A stretch of DNA of 64,000 nucleotides. Origin: Anaerolineales bacterium (lineage in GTDB: Bacteria; Chloroflexota; Anaerolineae; Anaerolineales; UBA4823). The notes below the pieces were generated by a model. That model did not search any database and was not told the DNA's origin. It was given only the letters and a program-made list of their open reading frames with translations. This document shows positions 52,719 through 62,327 of the stretch, piece after piece; the first letter of the stretch is position 1; the number at the start of each line of letters is the position of its first letter. Position numbers and translations under genes: made by a program. The stretch covers positions 10,812-74,811 of the forward strand of contig DAOQUL010000005.1 in the NCBI GenBank assembly GCA_035341015.1. The letters run 5' to 3'.

Positions 52719-53951
52719 TTACTTCAGCAGTTCGAGTGCTTTCTGTAGTTGAGGGTCAACATCATTCTCGATGTCTGCGTCGGTGCGCTCAACCACATAG
52801 TCGGGCGTGAGCCCAATCTCGTGGATCCAGCGTTGATCAGGTGTCAGCCAACGCGCAATGGTCACGCGAACGGCACCCTGTTCGTCTGAAAGCGGGATCC
52901 AGGTTTGCACAGAGCCTTTGCCGAAGGTGGTCACACCCACCAGGGCAGCCCGGCCGCGGTCTTGCAGGGCGCCAGCCACCAGCTCAGAGGCCGATGCCGA
53001 CCATTCGTTGACCAAGACGACCATGGGGATATCGTAGGCAACGCCCTGGCCGCTGGCGGTGTATGTATCGCGAGCGCCATCGCCATACTCTTCGTAGGCG
53101 ATCACGCCGTCTTGAATGAATTCGGAGCCAATTTCAACGGCCGCGTTGAGGTAGCCGCCGCCGTTATTGCGCAGGTCAAGGATCAGGCCTTTGGGTTCTT
53201 GTGCCATCAGGGCTTCTAGCGCGGCGTGCAGATCATCGGGGCTGGTTTCGCTGAACTGGTTCAGCCGGATGTAGGCGATATTTCCTTCCAGGATCTCATA
53301 TTCGACGCTTTGAACGACGATATGCGCCCGCGTGACGGTTACATCAAACGGCTCTTCCACACCTTCGCGGCGGATGGTGAGGATGACGCTGGTGCCGGCC
53401 TCGCCCAACACCCGCAGGCGGGCATTTTCGGGCAGGGTGCCGGTCATGTCTTCGCCATCGATGGCGATCACCTGGTCACCGGCCTGCAGCCCGGCGGCCT
53501 CAGCCGGTGAGTCGTTCATCGGTTCAACGATGGTCAGATAGTCGCCCTCGGTATTCACCCATGCGCCAATGCCATCGTAGCCCACCAGGTCGGCATTGGC
53601 ATCTTTGAATTCTTGGGGATCCATGTAACTGGTGTGCTGGTCGCCCAGGGCTTCGAGCATACCGCGGATGGCACCTTGCATGAGCAGCGTATCATCCACA
53701 GGCTGATCAAAATAATAATCGTGCACGAAGCGCCAGGCTTCCCAGAAAGGCGTGAACAGGGCCTGGGTATCTTCAGACGGGCCGGTTGTGGTACCCTCTA
53801 TGAATGGGGCCGGGTCGCTGGCTGTGCTGGGGCTTTCTTGCCGGCCAGGGGCGAGCACCATGCCACCGATAAAGCCAGCCGAGCAGGACCCGACGAGCAA
53901 GATAATGGCAGCGACGATCCCAATGACGATGTAAAGCGGTTTCGAATTCAT
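52719..53951 (-). CDS. S41-family C-terminal processing peptidase with PDZ domain
   Basis: 410 aa with a TM anchor. PDZ region (SPAEAAGLQAGDQVIAIDG), then LDLRNNGGG, SASASE (Ser) and TFGKGSVQ (Lys). Confidence 0.93.
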   Translation of the reverse strand: MNSKPLYIVIGIVAAIILLVGSCSAGFIGGMVLAPGRQESPSTASDPAPFIEGTTTGPSEDTQALFTPFWEAWRFVHDYYFDQPVDDTLLMQGAIRGMLEALGDQHTSYMDPQEFKDANADLVGYDGIGAWVNTEGDYLTIVEPMNDSPAEAAGLQAGDQVIAIDGEDMTGTLPENARLRVLGEAGTSVILTIRREGVEEPFDVTVTRAHIVVQSVEYEILEGNIAYIRLNQFSETSPDDLHAALEALMAQEPKGLILDLRNNGGGYLNAAVEIGSEFIQDGVIAYEEYGDGARDTYTASGQGVAYDIPMVVLVNEWSASASELVAGALQDRGRAALVGVTTFGKGSVQTWIPLSDEQGAVRVTIARWLTPDQRWIHEIGLTPDYVVERTDADIENDVDPQLQKALELLK

Positions 53952-54060
53952 ACGGTTTTCTCCTCATACCCTTAAACCACAAACATGGCTTCTGGCCTGC
54001 ATGCAGGTTGAGTATAGCGTATAGATTACCACACTAGTGTTAGAAAATGATAAACGTCCA

Positions 54061-54858
54061 TCACTCACCCAGCATCTGCTGGAGATAAACTTCCAGCGAA
54101 GCCGGGTCGCTGACCTGCTCAGTGTAAGCCAAGATCGCTTCGCCATCCAATGGGTACAAAGGGTGGCAAGAGCTGGGCGCCGCGCCGCGCGGCGTGTGTA
54201 CCACCGCTTCGACAAAGGGGGCCACCAATGCCGCCCGTTCTAACTCAGGGACGATCTCTTCGGCGGTGACGATGACGGTGCCCGAAGCAATGGCCAATTC
54301 TTCATCAATGGCTTTATTGATACCGATCTCAGCATTGCCGTGTGGATCGGCGCGCAGGGCATGGATGACAGCAAAATCGGGCCGGATGGCAGGAAAAGCC
54401 ATCAGCGTTTCGCCATGATAAGGATCGCGGATGGTTTGCACGTCGGGGCGCAGGCGCGGCAGGTCTGTACCGATCCAGGCGCGCCCAGGCATAAAGCCCA
54501 CCCCCGCCATTTGAGCGCGCAGCCCCATGGCCAGGCTGGTTTCGGTCTCTTCAATGATCTCAACTTCGCCGTGCCCGGCGCGGTAGGTGAACATGGGCGC
54601 CAGGCCGAAGATTTCTAACCCAAAATAACAACTGCGCACAACCTGCACCAGGCCAGCGCCTACCAGCCAATCGCTTTCTAGGCCGGCCGTGAATGATAAC
54701 AGGGTTAGCCCGCTGGGCTGGCTGTTGCGGCGGTAGCGGCGGAGCAGCGCCTGCACAAAGGCCACCGGCCTGCGGTAGAGCGTCATCCCGCCCAGGGCCA
54801 GCATACTACCAGGGGTAATACAGGCCGCCGCTTCCTCAATAGAAATTAGCTTGTTCAC
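54061..54858 (-). CDS. CoA-transferase family I, subunit-A-like protein
   Basis: Trimmed to the GTG at 54858, which overlaps the upstream stop (GTGA). VNKLISIEEAAACITPGSMLALGG is the typical N-terminus. No subunit B gene is adjacent. Confidence 0.6.
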   Translation of the reverse strand: MNKLISIEEAAACITPGSMLALGGMTLYRRPVAFVQALLRRYRRNSQPSGLTLLSFTAGLESDWLVGAGLVQVVRSCYFGLEIFGLAPMFTYRAGHGEVEIIEETETSLAMGLRAQMAGVGFMPGRAWIGTDLPRLRPDVQTIRDPYHGETLMAFPAIRPDFAVIHALRADPHGNAEIGINKAIDEELAIASGTVIVTAEEIVPELERAALVAPFVEAVVHTPRGAAPSSCHPLYPLDGEAILAYTEQVSDPASLEVYLQQMLGE

Positions 54859-55547
54859 CGGGCGATCTCCACCCCTGAGCCGCGCATGGCGTTGGGCAGG
54901 CTGCTGCCGTTCCACAGTTCGGGCAGGGCAGCCGGCAGTTGGTGCAGGTTATGGATGATGTGTTGGGCGGCTGGGGTGGCAGGGCGGTCGCCTACCAGGA
55001 TGGTCAAAAAGCCCATCTGTCGGGCAGGTGCCAGGTTATGGGCAGAATCCTCAAACAACACACAATGGCTTGGGTCTGGCTCGTCGGCCAGCTCTAAGGC
55101 GCGCCAGTAGGCCGCGGGATCTGGCTTGCTGATAAATTGCAAAGCTTCGATATCGATAATGCCGTCAAAGCAATCCGTTACACCAATCACATCCATCACC
55201 CGCCGGGCATGGTTGGTATCGGCATTGGTGAATATGAAGCGCCGCTGGGGCAAGCTGAGCAGCAGGTCATGCAGGTTGGGGTCGGGCCCAATGTAACTGC
55301 GCAAGGGCAGGTCATGAACATAAGCCAGGTATTCTTCAGTATCGACATGGTAATGGGCTTGAAGGCCGCGCAGCGTGGTGCCATATTGGGCCATGTATTC
55401 CTCGCGCAGCCTGCTGATATCCGCCGAGGGCAGGCCCAATAAAGCCTGCATGTAGTCATGGATGCGCTGCCGGATGCCCTCCCATAATCCGCTGTTGGGT
55501 GGGTACAGTGTTTCGTCAAGGTCAAAGAAGAGGGTCGTGTATTGCAT
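54855..55547 (-). CDS. HAD-family hydrolase (pyrimidine 5'-nucleotidase-like)
   Basis: 230 aa. Contains LFFDLDETLY (motif I), IFTNAD, KPDP and FEDSAHN. Confidence 0.85.
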   Translation of the reverse strand: MQYTTLFFDLDETLYPPNSGLWEGIRQRIHDYMQALLGLPSADISRLREEYMAQYGTTLRGLQAHYHVDTEEYLAYVHDLPLRSYIGPDPNLHDLLLSLPQRRFIFTNADTNHARRVMDVIGVTDCFDGIIDIEALQFISKPDPAAYWRALELADEPDPSHCVLFEDSAHNLAPARQMGFLTILVGDRPATPAAQHIIHNLHQLPAALPELWNGSSLPNAMRGSGVEIAR

Positions 55548-55579
55548 GGGGAGTATTATACGAGATATTCAGCATTCGG

Positions 55580-55593
55580 TATAATATAGATCT
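55580..55593 (+). promoter_or_regulatory. TATAAT box 8 nt upstream of the mutL ATG (leaderless-type start)
   Basis: cggTATAATatagatctATG with no SD. The -35 region is weak. Confidence 0.4.
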
Positions 55594-57357
55594 ATGCCTA
55601 TTCATCTTTTACCCTCTGAGGTTGCCTCGCAGATTGCTGCCGGCGAGGTGGTAGAACGCCCGGCCTCTGTGATCAAAGAATTGTTGGAAAATGCCCTGGA
55701 CGCCAAAGCCAGCCAGGTCAGCATTCATGTGGAGGGGGCTGGCAAACGCCTGGTTGAGATTGCCGATAATGGCTGCGGCATCCCGGCTGCTGAGCTGGCT
55801 TTGGCGCTTGAGCGGCATGCCACGAGCAAGTTGGAGCGGGCGGATGACCTTTTTCGCATTGCTACACTGGGCTTCCGCGGTGAAGCCCTGGCTTCAATTG
55901 GTTCGGTGGCGCGCCTGACCCTCACCTCTCGCCCGGCGGCAGCCGAGGGGGGGGCTCGCCTGCGGGTGGAGGGGGGCCACGTGGGCCAATTGGAGCTGGT
56001 GGGCGCGCCAGTGGGAACGGTGGTGCGGGTGGAAGACCTTTTCTATAACGTGCCTGCCCGCCTGAAGTTCCTCAAGCAAGATGCTACCGAACGCCGCCAT
56101 ATTGATGAATTGGTCACGCGCTATGCCCTGGCTTATCCACATGTGCGTTTTCATTTGCATCAAGATGGCCGTCCAGCGCTGATGACCAGTGGAAATGGCG
56201 ACCGGCGTGAGGTTTTGGCAACCCTGTACGGCGTTGATATTGCCCGCCAGATGTTGGAAGTGATCTCAGAAGAAGATGGCCTGCGGGTGACTGGTTTTAT
56301 CAGCCCCACCAGTCTGACGCGTTCAAACCGGCGCGAGATCATTTTCTTTGTGAATGGGCGCCCGGTGCAAGATGCCTCCCTTTCGGCGGCGCTGATGCAG
56401 GCTTATCACACCCTGCTCATGGTGGGCCGCTACCCACTGGCGGCTATGTTCTTAGAGATTGACCCTGAGGCGGTGGATGTGAATGTGCACCCCACCAAGG
56501 CTGAGGTGCGCTTCCGTTCTGGCGACCAGGTGTTCCGGGGCGTGCAGCGGGCTGTGCGGCGGGCATTATTGGCCCACAACCCCTTGCCTGAGGTCAGCCC
56601 GGGTTTTGCATGGAGCAGTGCGGCGGCCTCAACCCGCCCCTCGCCTCAGCCGGGCCTGGATTGGGGCATGGTTTCTGCTGAGCAGCAAGCTACTTCCTCT
56701 ATGCCAGAGCTCCCTCCGCCACAGGGTCCGATCCAGCCTGTTCAACCTGCCTTGCCCGGCACCCGCATGCCTTTGCTAAGGCTGGTGGGGCAGGTGGCTT
56801 CGGCTTACCTGGTGGCTGAAGGGCCAGATGGGTTGTACCTGATCGACCAGCATGCAGCCCATGAGCGTATCTTGTTCGAGCGCTTCATGGCGCTGCGGGC
56901 CCAATCTCCAAACGGCATCCCGGCGCAAAGCCTGTTGGAGCCCCAGGCAGTCGAACTGCCGCCGGCGAGCGCCCGGCTGGTTGAAGATCAAATGGAGGCG
57001 TTGAATGACCTGGGCTTCAAGGTCGAGCCGTTTGGGCGCGGTACCTTTTTGGTGCGCGCCATCCCGGCATTGTTGGCAGGGATGAACCCTGCAGCGGCCC
57101 TGGCAGTGCTGGTAGAAGATTTTGAAGAGGATGAGACGCCTTTGCAAGCAGAGGTGGAAGCCCGCATTGTGGCGCGCGTGTGTAAGCGCGCCGCGGTCAA
57201 GGCGGGCAAGATCCTTTCAGGAGAAGAGCAGCGTACGCTGCTGGCAGACCTGGAAGCTTGTCAATCACCGCGCACCTGTCCGCATGGGCGCCCGACCATG
57301 ATCCTGCTGTCTGTGGATCTGTTGGAACGCCAGTTTGGCCGTCGTGGGGCGCGCTAA
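55594..57357 (+). CDS. mutL: DNA mismatch repair protein MutL (endonuclease type)
   Basis: 587 aa. Contains IAAGEVVERPASVIKELLENALDA and the C-terminal DQHAAHERILFE endonuclease motif. Confidence 0.96.
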   Translation: MPIHLLPSEVASQIAAGEVVERPASVIKELLENALDAKASQVSIHVEGAGKRLVEIADNGCGIPAAELALALERHATSKLERADDLFRIATLGFRGEALASIGSVARLTLTSRPAAAEGGARLRVEGGHVGQLELVGAPVGTVVRVEDLFYNVPARLKFLKQDATERRHIDELVTRYALAYPHVRFHLHQDGRPALMTSGNGDRREVLATLYGVDIARQMLEVISEEDGLRVTGFISPTSLTRSNRREIIFFVNGRPVQDASLSAALMQAYHTLLMVGRYPLAAMFLEIDPEAVDVNVHPTKAEVRFRSGDQVFRGVQRAVRRALLAHNPLPEVSPGFAWSSAAASTRPSPQPGLDWGMVSAEQQATSSMPELPPPQGPIQPVQPALPGTRMPLLRLVGQVASAYLVAEGPDGLYLIDQHAAHERILFERFMALRAQSPNGIPAQSLLEPQAVELPPASARLVEDQMEALNDLGFKVEPFGRGTFLVRAIPALLAGMNPAAALAVLVEDFEEDETPLQAEVEARIVARVCKRAAVKAGKILSGEEQRTLLADLEACQSPRTCPHGRPTMILLSVDLLERQFGRRGAR

Positions 57358-57372
57358 GAGGAAAGGTTTTTT

Positions 57373-58338
57373 GTGCAATCGCTTTGGGTAGAGAACAATA
57401 TCTTATCGGTGCGTAATGATTTGCCCATACCGGCTTTAGAAGCTGGGCAGGCTTTGATACGCGTGCGCCTGGCAGGGGTTTGCAGTACAGACCTGGCGGT
57501 GTTAGGCGGCTATTCGCCTTTTGTTGGCGTGCCTGGGCACGAGTTTGTTGGGCAGGTGGTGGCTGCGCCCGATGCGCCCGAGTGGGTGGGGCAGCGCGTG
57601 GTGGGCGAAATCAACATTACCTGCGGGGTTTGCGCTGCCTGCCGGGCCGGGCGCAAGACCCACTGTGAGAAGCGGTCTGCTCTGGGGATCCATTCTTGGA
57701 ATGGGGCTTTTGCCGAATACCTCAAGCTGCCCCTGGCCAACCTGTATCGCGTTCCGGATACGCTCTCGGATGAGGGGGCTGTCTTTACCGAGCCGTTGGC
57801 GGCGGCCTTGGAGATCCAAGAGCAACTGCCTGGCCTGGGTTCTGAGCGCATCCTGGTGGTGGGCGCTGGGAGGTTAGGCCAACTGGTGGCCCAGACCCTG
57901 GCCCTCACCGGCTGTGACTTGCAGGTGATTGCCCGCTATCCCCGCCAGCGCCAACTGCTGGAGCGGCGGCAGATTGCCTGGCTGCCTGAAGAGGCATTGC
58001 CCATGGGTTGTATGGATGTGGTGGTCGAGGCCACTGGCTCGCCAGCTGGTTTTGAGATGGCGCGCAAGGCGCTGAGAGCGCGCGGCACCCTGGTGCTCAA
58101 AAGCACTTACAAGGGCGATGTAACGCTCAATTTATCGTCACTGGTAGTGGACGAGATCACCTTGATCGGTTCGCGCTGCGGCCCGTTTGAGCCGGCTTTG
58201 GCGTTGTTGGCCAACGGGCAGGTTGACCCCCGGGATCAAATTGAGGCCTGCTACCCATTGGCCCAGGCGCAACAAGCGTATGAAGAGGCGGGCCAGCATG
58301 GGCGGATCAAGGTTCTTTTGGCGCCTTCTTCTGGCTAA
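57373..58338 (+). CDS. Zinc-binding medium-chain alcohol dehydrogenase family protein
   Basis: 321 aa. Contains GVCSTDL, VPGHEFVG, CGVCAAC and VVGAGRLG. Confidence 0.85.
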   Translation: MQSLWVENNILSVRNDLPIPALEAGQALIRVRLAGVCSTDLAVLGGYSPFVGVPGHEFVGQVVAAPDAPEWVGQRVVGEINITCGVCAACRAGRKTHCEKRSALGIHSWNGAFAEYLKLPLANLYRVPDTLSDEGAVFTEPLAAALEIQEQLPGLGSERILVVGAGRLGQLVAQTLALTGCDLQVIARYPRQRQLLERRQIAWLPEEALPMGCMDVVVEATGSPAGFEMARKALRARGTLVLKSTYKGDVTLNLSSLVVDEITLIGSRCGPFEPALALLANGQVDPRDQIEACYPLAQAQQAYEEAGQHGRIKVLLAPSSG

Positions 58339-58342
58339 AGCT

Positions 58343-59527
58343 TCATTTGATCGGTAAATGCACCGAAAAAGTCGTGCCTTTGCCGACCGTGCTTTGTACC
58401 TCGATGCTGCCGTTGTGGGCTTCTACGATGCGTTTGCAGATCGATAGCCCTAAACCGGTTCCGGATGACATATTTTCTAACCCCGGCACGCGGAAGAATT
58501 TTTGGAACAAGTTCGGCAAGCTTTCGGGCGGAATGCCCGGCCCCATATCGCGCACTGAAATTACAAAATCTTTGTCTGCATCGGCCTTGACCCAGATGCT
58601 GCCAGCCGGGCTGTTGTATTTGATGGCGTTGCTGACCAGGTTAAGTATCACCTGTTTGATCTTATCTTGATCGGCGTATACAGGCGGCAGTTCGGGCGAG
58701 GACTCAAGGTATAAGGTGAGCCCTTTTTCGGTGGCCCGGCTGTGCATCATCTCACGGCAGTCTTCCAGCAGCTTACCCAGGTCAAAATGGCTGGGGTGGA
58801 ATTGGGCACGCCCCGATTCCAGGCGTGCCAGGTCGAGGAACGAAGTGGTCATCTCTGAAAGACGGAAGATCTCATCTCGGATGATCTCTGATATGCGGCT
58901 GCGTTGTTCGTCGGGCACGTCGGTACGCAGCAGCAGGTGCACAGCCGTGTTCAACGAAGCCAGGGGGGTGCGCAGCTCGTGCACCAGGTCGGCGATCAGG
59001 TCAGATTGTTGGAAGAGACGGGCATTTTCGATGGCTACTGCTGCCTGGGCGCCCAGGGTGATCAGGATCTCTTGGTCTTCAGTGGTAAATTCGCCGTTGC
59101 GCTTGTTGATGGCTTCCAAGGCGCCCACCACCTTGTCTTTGGTGATCAGAGGCGCACCCAGCAGCGAGCGGGTGTTGGTGTTGGTTACTTTGGCGACATT
59201 CGAGAAGTGACGCTTATCCTGGCTGGTATCTGAGATGATGATGGGCTGGCGGTGCGTAACGATCCAGCCGGCAATGCTCGAGTCGACCGGTACGCTCAGG
59301 CCGCTCATCATGGGTTGTTCGATATTGGTAGCAGCCTCGAAATACAACTCGCCTTTAACGTGGTCGTACAGAAGGATGGATGCCTGTTCTGATTCGCACA
59401 ATTCGGCGGCCACGTGGACGATGCGCCGCAGGAGGGTATCCAGGTCAAGCGTGGAAGCCAGATCGCGCGATAACTCTATCAACCGCTGATAGCGGTTGAC
59501 GATGGGGGGGATTTTACGCTTGGGCAT
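58343..59527 (-). CDS. GAF-domain sensor histidine kinase
   Basis: 394 aa. GAF domain, then H-box LVHELRTPLASL, N-box NLVSNAIKY and G-boxes DMGPGI, GTGLGLSI. Confidence 0.93.
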   Translation of the reverse strand: MPKRKIPPIVNRYQRLIELSRDLASTLDLDTLLRRIVHVAAELCESEQASILLYDHVKGELYFEAATNIEQPMMSGLSVPVDSSIAGWIVTHRQPIIISDTSQDKRHFSNVAKVTNTNTRSLLGAPLITKDKVVGALEAINKRNGEFTTEDQEILITLGAQAAVAIENARLFQQSDLIADLVHELRTPLASLNTAVHLLLRTDVPDEQRSRISEIIRDEIFRLSEMTTSFLDLARLESGRAQFHPSHFDLGKLLEDCREMMHSRATEKGLTLYLESSPELPPVYADQDKIKQVILNLVSNAIKYNSPAGSIWVKADADKDFVISVRDMGPGIPPESLPNLFQKFFRVPGLENMSSGTGLGLSICKRIVEAHNGSIEVQSTVGKGTTFSVHLPIK

Positions 59528-59611
59528 TCAATACCTCTCTGGCAAGCGGGCTGGCCTGGCTGCGTTGAGCGGCTCGCGGAAACTTCTACCGGCAGTGAAC
59601 GAAGAGCCAGT

Positions 59612-60787
59612 TTATTCTTTCGTCCGCACGCGTTTGGCAATGCTATCTGCCAGCTTGAAGAACTGCTGCGAAGTCAGGTTATCGGGGTGCTGTGTAACCA
59701 GGGCAACATTGGCCCGCGCCGCCTGGTAAACCAGCTCTGGCGCTGCGGTGAACACGATCCCGATGGTATGTTTGAATTCTTTCTGCACCTGAGCCAGCGA
59801 GAACTGCATTTCAGAGCGCTGGCGGTTATACAGCACCGAGTTCACCCGGCCCTCGCCAAAACCGCGCCCGGCCAATTCTTCCAACAGCAGTTGAGAACGG
59901 GTGATTGTGGTGGGGATTGGTTCCAGGGCCAGGATCAATTCGTCACAAACCGCCAGGGCTTTATCGGTGATCGGCGAAATGGCCGGGCCAAGATCCAACA
60001 CAATGTAATTGGCCAGGTACGAAAGGTGGCGGGTGATCATCTCGAAGTGGGCGTCGGAGGCCTGGTATTTGGCATCCGCGGGATTGTATGAGGCCAGCAG
60101 CAGCCGTGTCTCCGATTTGTGGGTCAATAGCTCAGACTCAACGTCCTTTAAGCCGATCTCGGCGGGATTCTTTTGCAGCAGGCGGTTCATCCCTTCGGGA
60201 TTCAGGTAGCCCAACTCGAGAGCCAGGCTGCCCTCACCGGGGCGCAGCTCAGCCACAGCCACATCCTTGCGGGTGCGCGTGCGCAGGCTGATGCCCAGGT
60301 TGATGGCGATCGTCGATACGCCCAAGCCACCTTTGGCGGCAATGACACCAATCACATAGCCGCGTTCGCGGGCCGGGGCAGCCGGGGCAGCCGGTCCGCT
60401 GGTTTTACGTCCGCGCGCCAGCACCGCTTTGACGTGTGCAAACAACTCGCGCGGCTGCGTGGGCTTGGTCAGGTAATCATCTACGCCTGCCTCAAAGCCC
60501 ATGACCTTGTCATCTACCTGAGATTTGGCCGTGAACATGATGATGGGGGTCGAGGCCGTGGAGGCATTGGCGCGCAGGCGCCGGGTGACCTCGTAGCCAT
60601 CCATGTCTGGCATCATGACATCCAACAAGATCAATTCGGGCTTCTCAGCCATTGCCATGGCCAGTGCTTGCTGGCCGTTGCTGGCGGCTACGATCTGGTA
60701 ACCCTGGCGCTGCAACATCAAACCAACCAGGCGTAGGGTATCGACATCATCGTCTACTACTAAGATTTTCTCAGGCATGGAGGCCAC
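59612..60787 (-). CDS. Response-regulator receiver fused to a CpaE/TadZ-like ParA/MinD-family domain with an atypical Walker A
   Basis: 391 aa. Canonical receiver (ILVVDDD...LLDVMMPDMDG...LTKP), then VIAAKGGLGVSTIAINLG, i.e. KGGxGVS instead of KGGxGKT. Confidence 0.8.
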   Translation of the reverse strand: MASMPEKILVVDDDVDTLRLVGLMLQRQGYQIVAASNGQQALAMAMAEKPELILLDVMMPDMDGYEVTRRLRANASTASTPIIMFTAKSQVDDKVMGFEAGVDDYLTKPTQPRELFAHVKAVLARGRKTSGPAAPAAPARERGYVIGVIAAKGGLGVSTIAINLGISLRTRTRKDVAVAELRPGEGSLALELGYLNPEGMNRLLQKNPAEIGLKDVESELLTHKSETRLLLASYNPADAKYQASDAHFEMITRHLSYLANYIVLDLGPAISPITDKALAVCDELILALEPIPTTITRSQLLLEELAGRGFGEGRVNSVLYNRQRSEMQFSLAQVQKEFKHTIGIVFTAAPELVYQAARANVALVTQHPDNLTSQQFFKLADSIAKRVRTKE

Positions 60788-60872
60788 TCCTCACTAAGAT
60801 GACAGTCTTATTTGTATTGTCAGTCTAGCATAAACATTCAATCCCGGCAAGAGTATTGAGGGGAATTTAAGC

Positions 60873-60887
60873 TATAATGACAGTAAG
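60873..60887 (+). promoter_or_regulatory. TATAAT box 9 nt upstream of the tilS ATG (leaderless-type start)
   Basis: aagcTATAATgacagtaagATG with no SD. Confidence 0.4.
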
Positions 60888-62327
60888 ATGCTAAAAGTTG
60901 TGCGCCAGGTCTTGCAAAACGAATGCGCTCTTGATGCTGGCCGGCCGCTGGTGGTGGGAGTTTCGGGCGGGCCAGACAGCCTGTGCCTTTTGGACCTCTT
61001 GCGGCGCGCCGGTTACCAGCCGGTGGTGGCACATTTGAACCACGGGCTGCGGGCCGAAGCTGCCCAGGATGCCGACAGCGTGGCTGGTGTGGCGGCGCGG
61101 CTGGGCCTGCCTTACGTCCAGGCCCAGGTGGATACGCCCGCTTATGCTGAGGCGAATGCCCTTTCAATTGAAGAGGCGGCGCGCATCTTGCGCTACCAAT
61201 TTTTGTTTGAGCAGGCTCACCAGCACCATGCCCAGGCTGTGGCAGTGGGGCATACGGCCGATGACCAGGTCGAAACGGTTTTGATGCACCTGCTGCGCGG
61301 CGCTGGTCTGGCGGGCTTAAAGGGCATGGTGTACCGTCTGCTGCCCAATCCCTGGAGCGCCGATATTGCCTTGCTACGCCCACTGCTGGGTATCTGGCGC
61401 TCGCAGATTGTGGAGTACTGCGAAGATCACGATTTACAGCCGGTCTTGGACCGCAGTAACCTGGATACTACTTATTTTCGCAACCGCCTGCGCCACGAAT
61501 TGATCCCATACCTGGAAGGATACCAGCCGCGCTTGCGTTCAAGCCTGGCGCGCATGGCCGAGGTGTTGGCCGGAGAAGAGCAGGTCTTGCAAAGCGTGGT
61601 GGAAACGGCCTGGCAGCAGTGCGTCTTGCGCCAGGGGGCAGGCTACGTGGTCTTTGACCGGCAAATCCTGGCGGGCTTTGGGCCGGGTGTACAGCGGCGC
61701 TTGCTGCGAAAAGCCATTGAGGTTCACCGGCCCGGGCTGCGCGATATCGATTTTGAGGATGTTGAGCGCGGCCTGGCCTTCTTGGCGGCGCCCCCGCAGA
61801 CGAACCAGGTGGACCTGGTGGCGGGGCTGGGCCTGTTCTTAGAGCAGGGCTGCCTTTGGCTGGCAGCCTGGGAGGCGGACCTGCCCAACGGGCATTGGCC
61901 GGCCTTGGAGCCGGGGCAGACCCTGGCCTTTGAAGTGCCTGGGGTGCTGGCACTTCCGGGGGGATGGTCGCTTCAATCTGAGTTGGTGGAAAATACTGCG
62001 CTTGCGTACCGCCAGGCGTTGGAAAACGGGGACCCATTCCAGGCCTGGATGGACGCTGACGCTTTGGAACTGCCGCTGATCCTGCGTTCCAGGCAGCGAG
62101 GCGATCGTTTCCAGCCCCTCGGTATGGCTGGACGGGTTGCCAAATTGTCAGACATAATGATAAACTTAAAGCTCCCGCGCCGGGCTCGCCGCACCTGGCC
62201 TTTGATGTGTTCGGGCCAGGATATTGCCTGGTTGCCGGGTTACCGCCTGGGGCATGGGGCGCGTGTTCAACCCACAACGCGCCGGATTGCACATTTGCAT
62301 TTATATCGAGGAGAGATGATGAGATGA
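60888..62327 (+). CDS. tilS: tRNA(Ile)-lysidine synthetase
   Basis: 479 aa. Contains VVGVSGGPDSLCLL (PP-loop), AHLNHGLR and the C-terminal RQRGDRFQPLGM. Confidence 0.94.
   Translation: MLKVVRQVLQNECALDAGRPLVVGVSGGPDSLCLLDLLRRAGYQPVVAHLNHGLRAEAAQDADSVAGVAARLGLPYVQAQVDTPAYAEANALSIEEAARILRYQFLFEQAHQHHAQAVAVGHTADDQVETVLMHLLRGAGLAGLKGMVYRLLPNPWSADIALLRPLLGIWRSQIVEYCEDHDLQPVLDRSNLDTTYFRNRLRHELIPYLEGYQPRLRSSLARMAEVLAGEEQVLQSVVETAWQQCVLRQGAGYVVFDRQILAGFGPGVQRRLLRKAIEVHRPGLRDIDFEDVERGLAFLAAPPQTNQVDLVAGLGLFLEQGCLWLAAWEADLPNGHWPALEPGQTLAFEVPGVLALPGGWSLQSELVENTALAYRQALENGDPFQAWMDADALELPLILRSRQRGDRFQPLGMAGRVAKLSDIMINLKLPRRARRTWPLMCSGQDIAWLPGYRLGHGARVQPTTRRIAHLHLYRGEMMR

Noticed and set aside
53996-54007. 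Perfect 12-bp palindrome CCTGCATGCAGG in the ctpA-type peptidase upstream region
   Set aside because: About 15 perfect 12-bp palindromes are expected by chance in 64 kb. It has no loop (so it is not a terminator) and no second copy.
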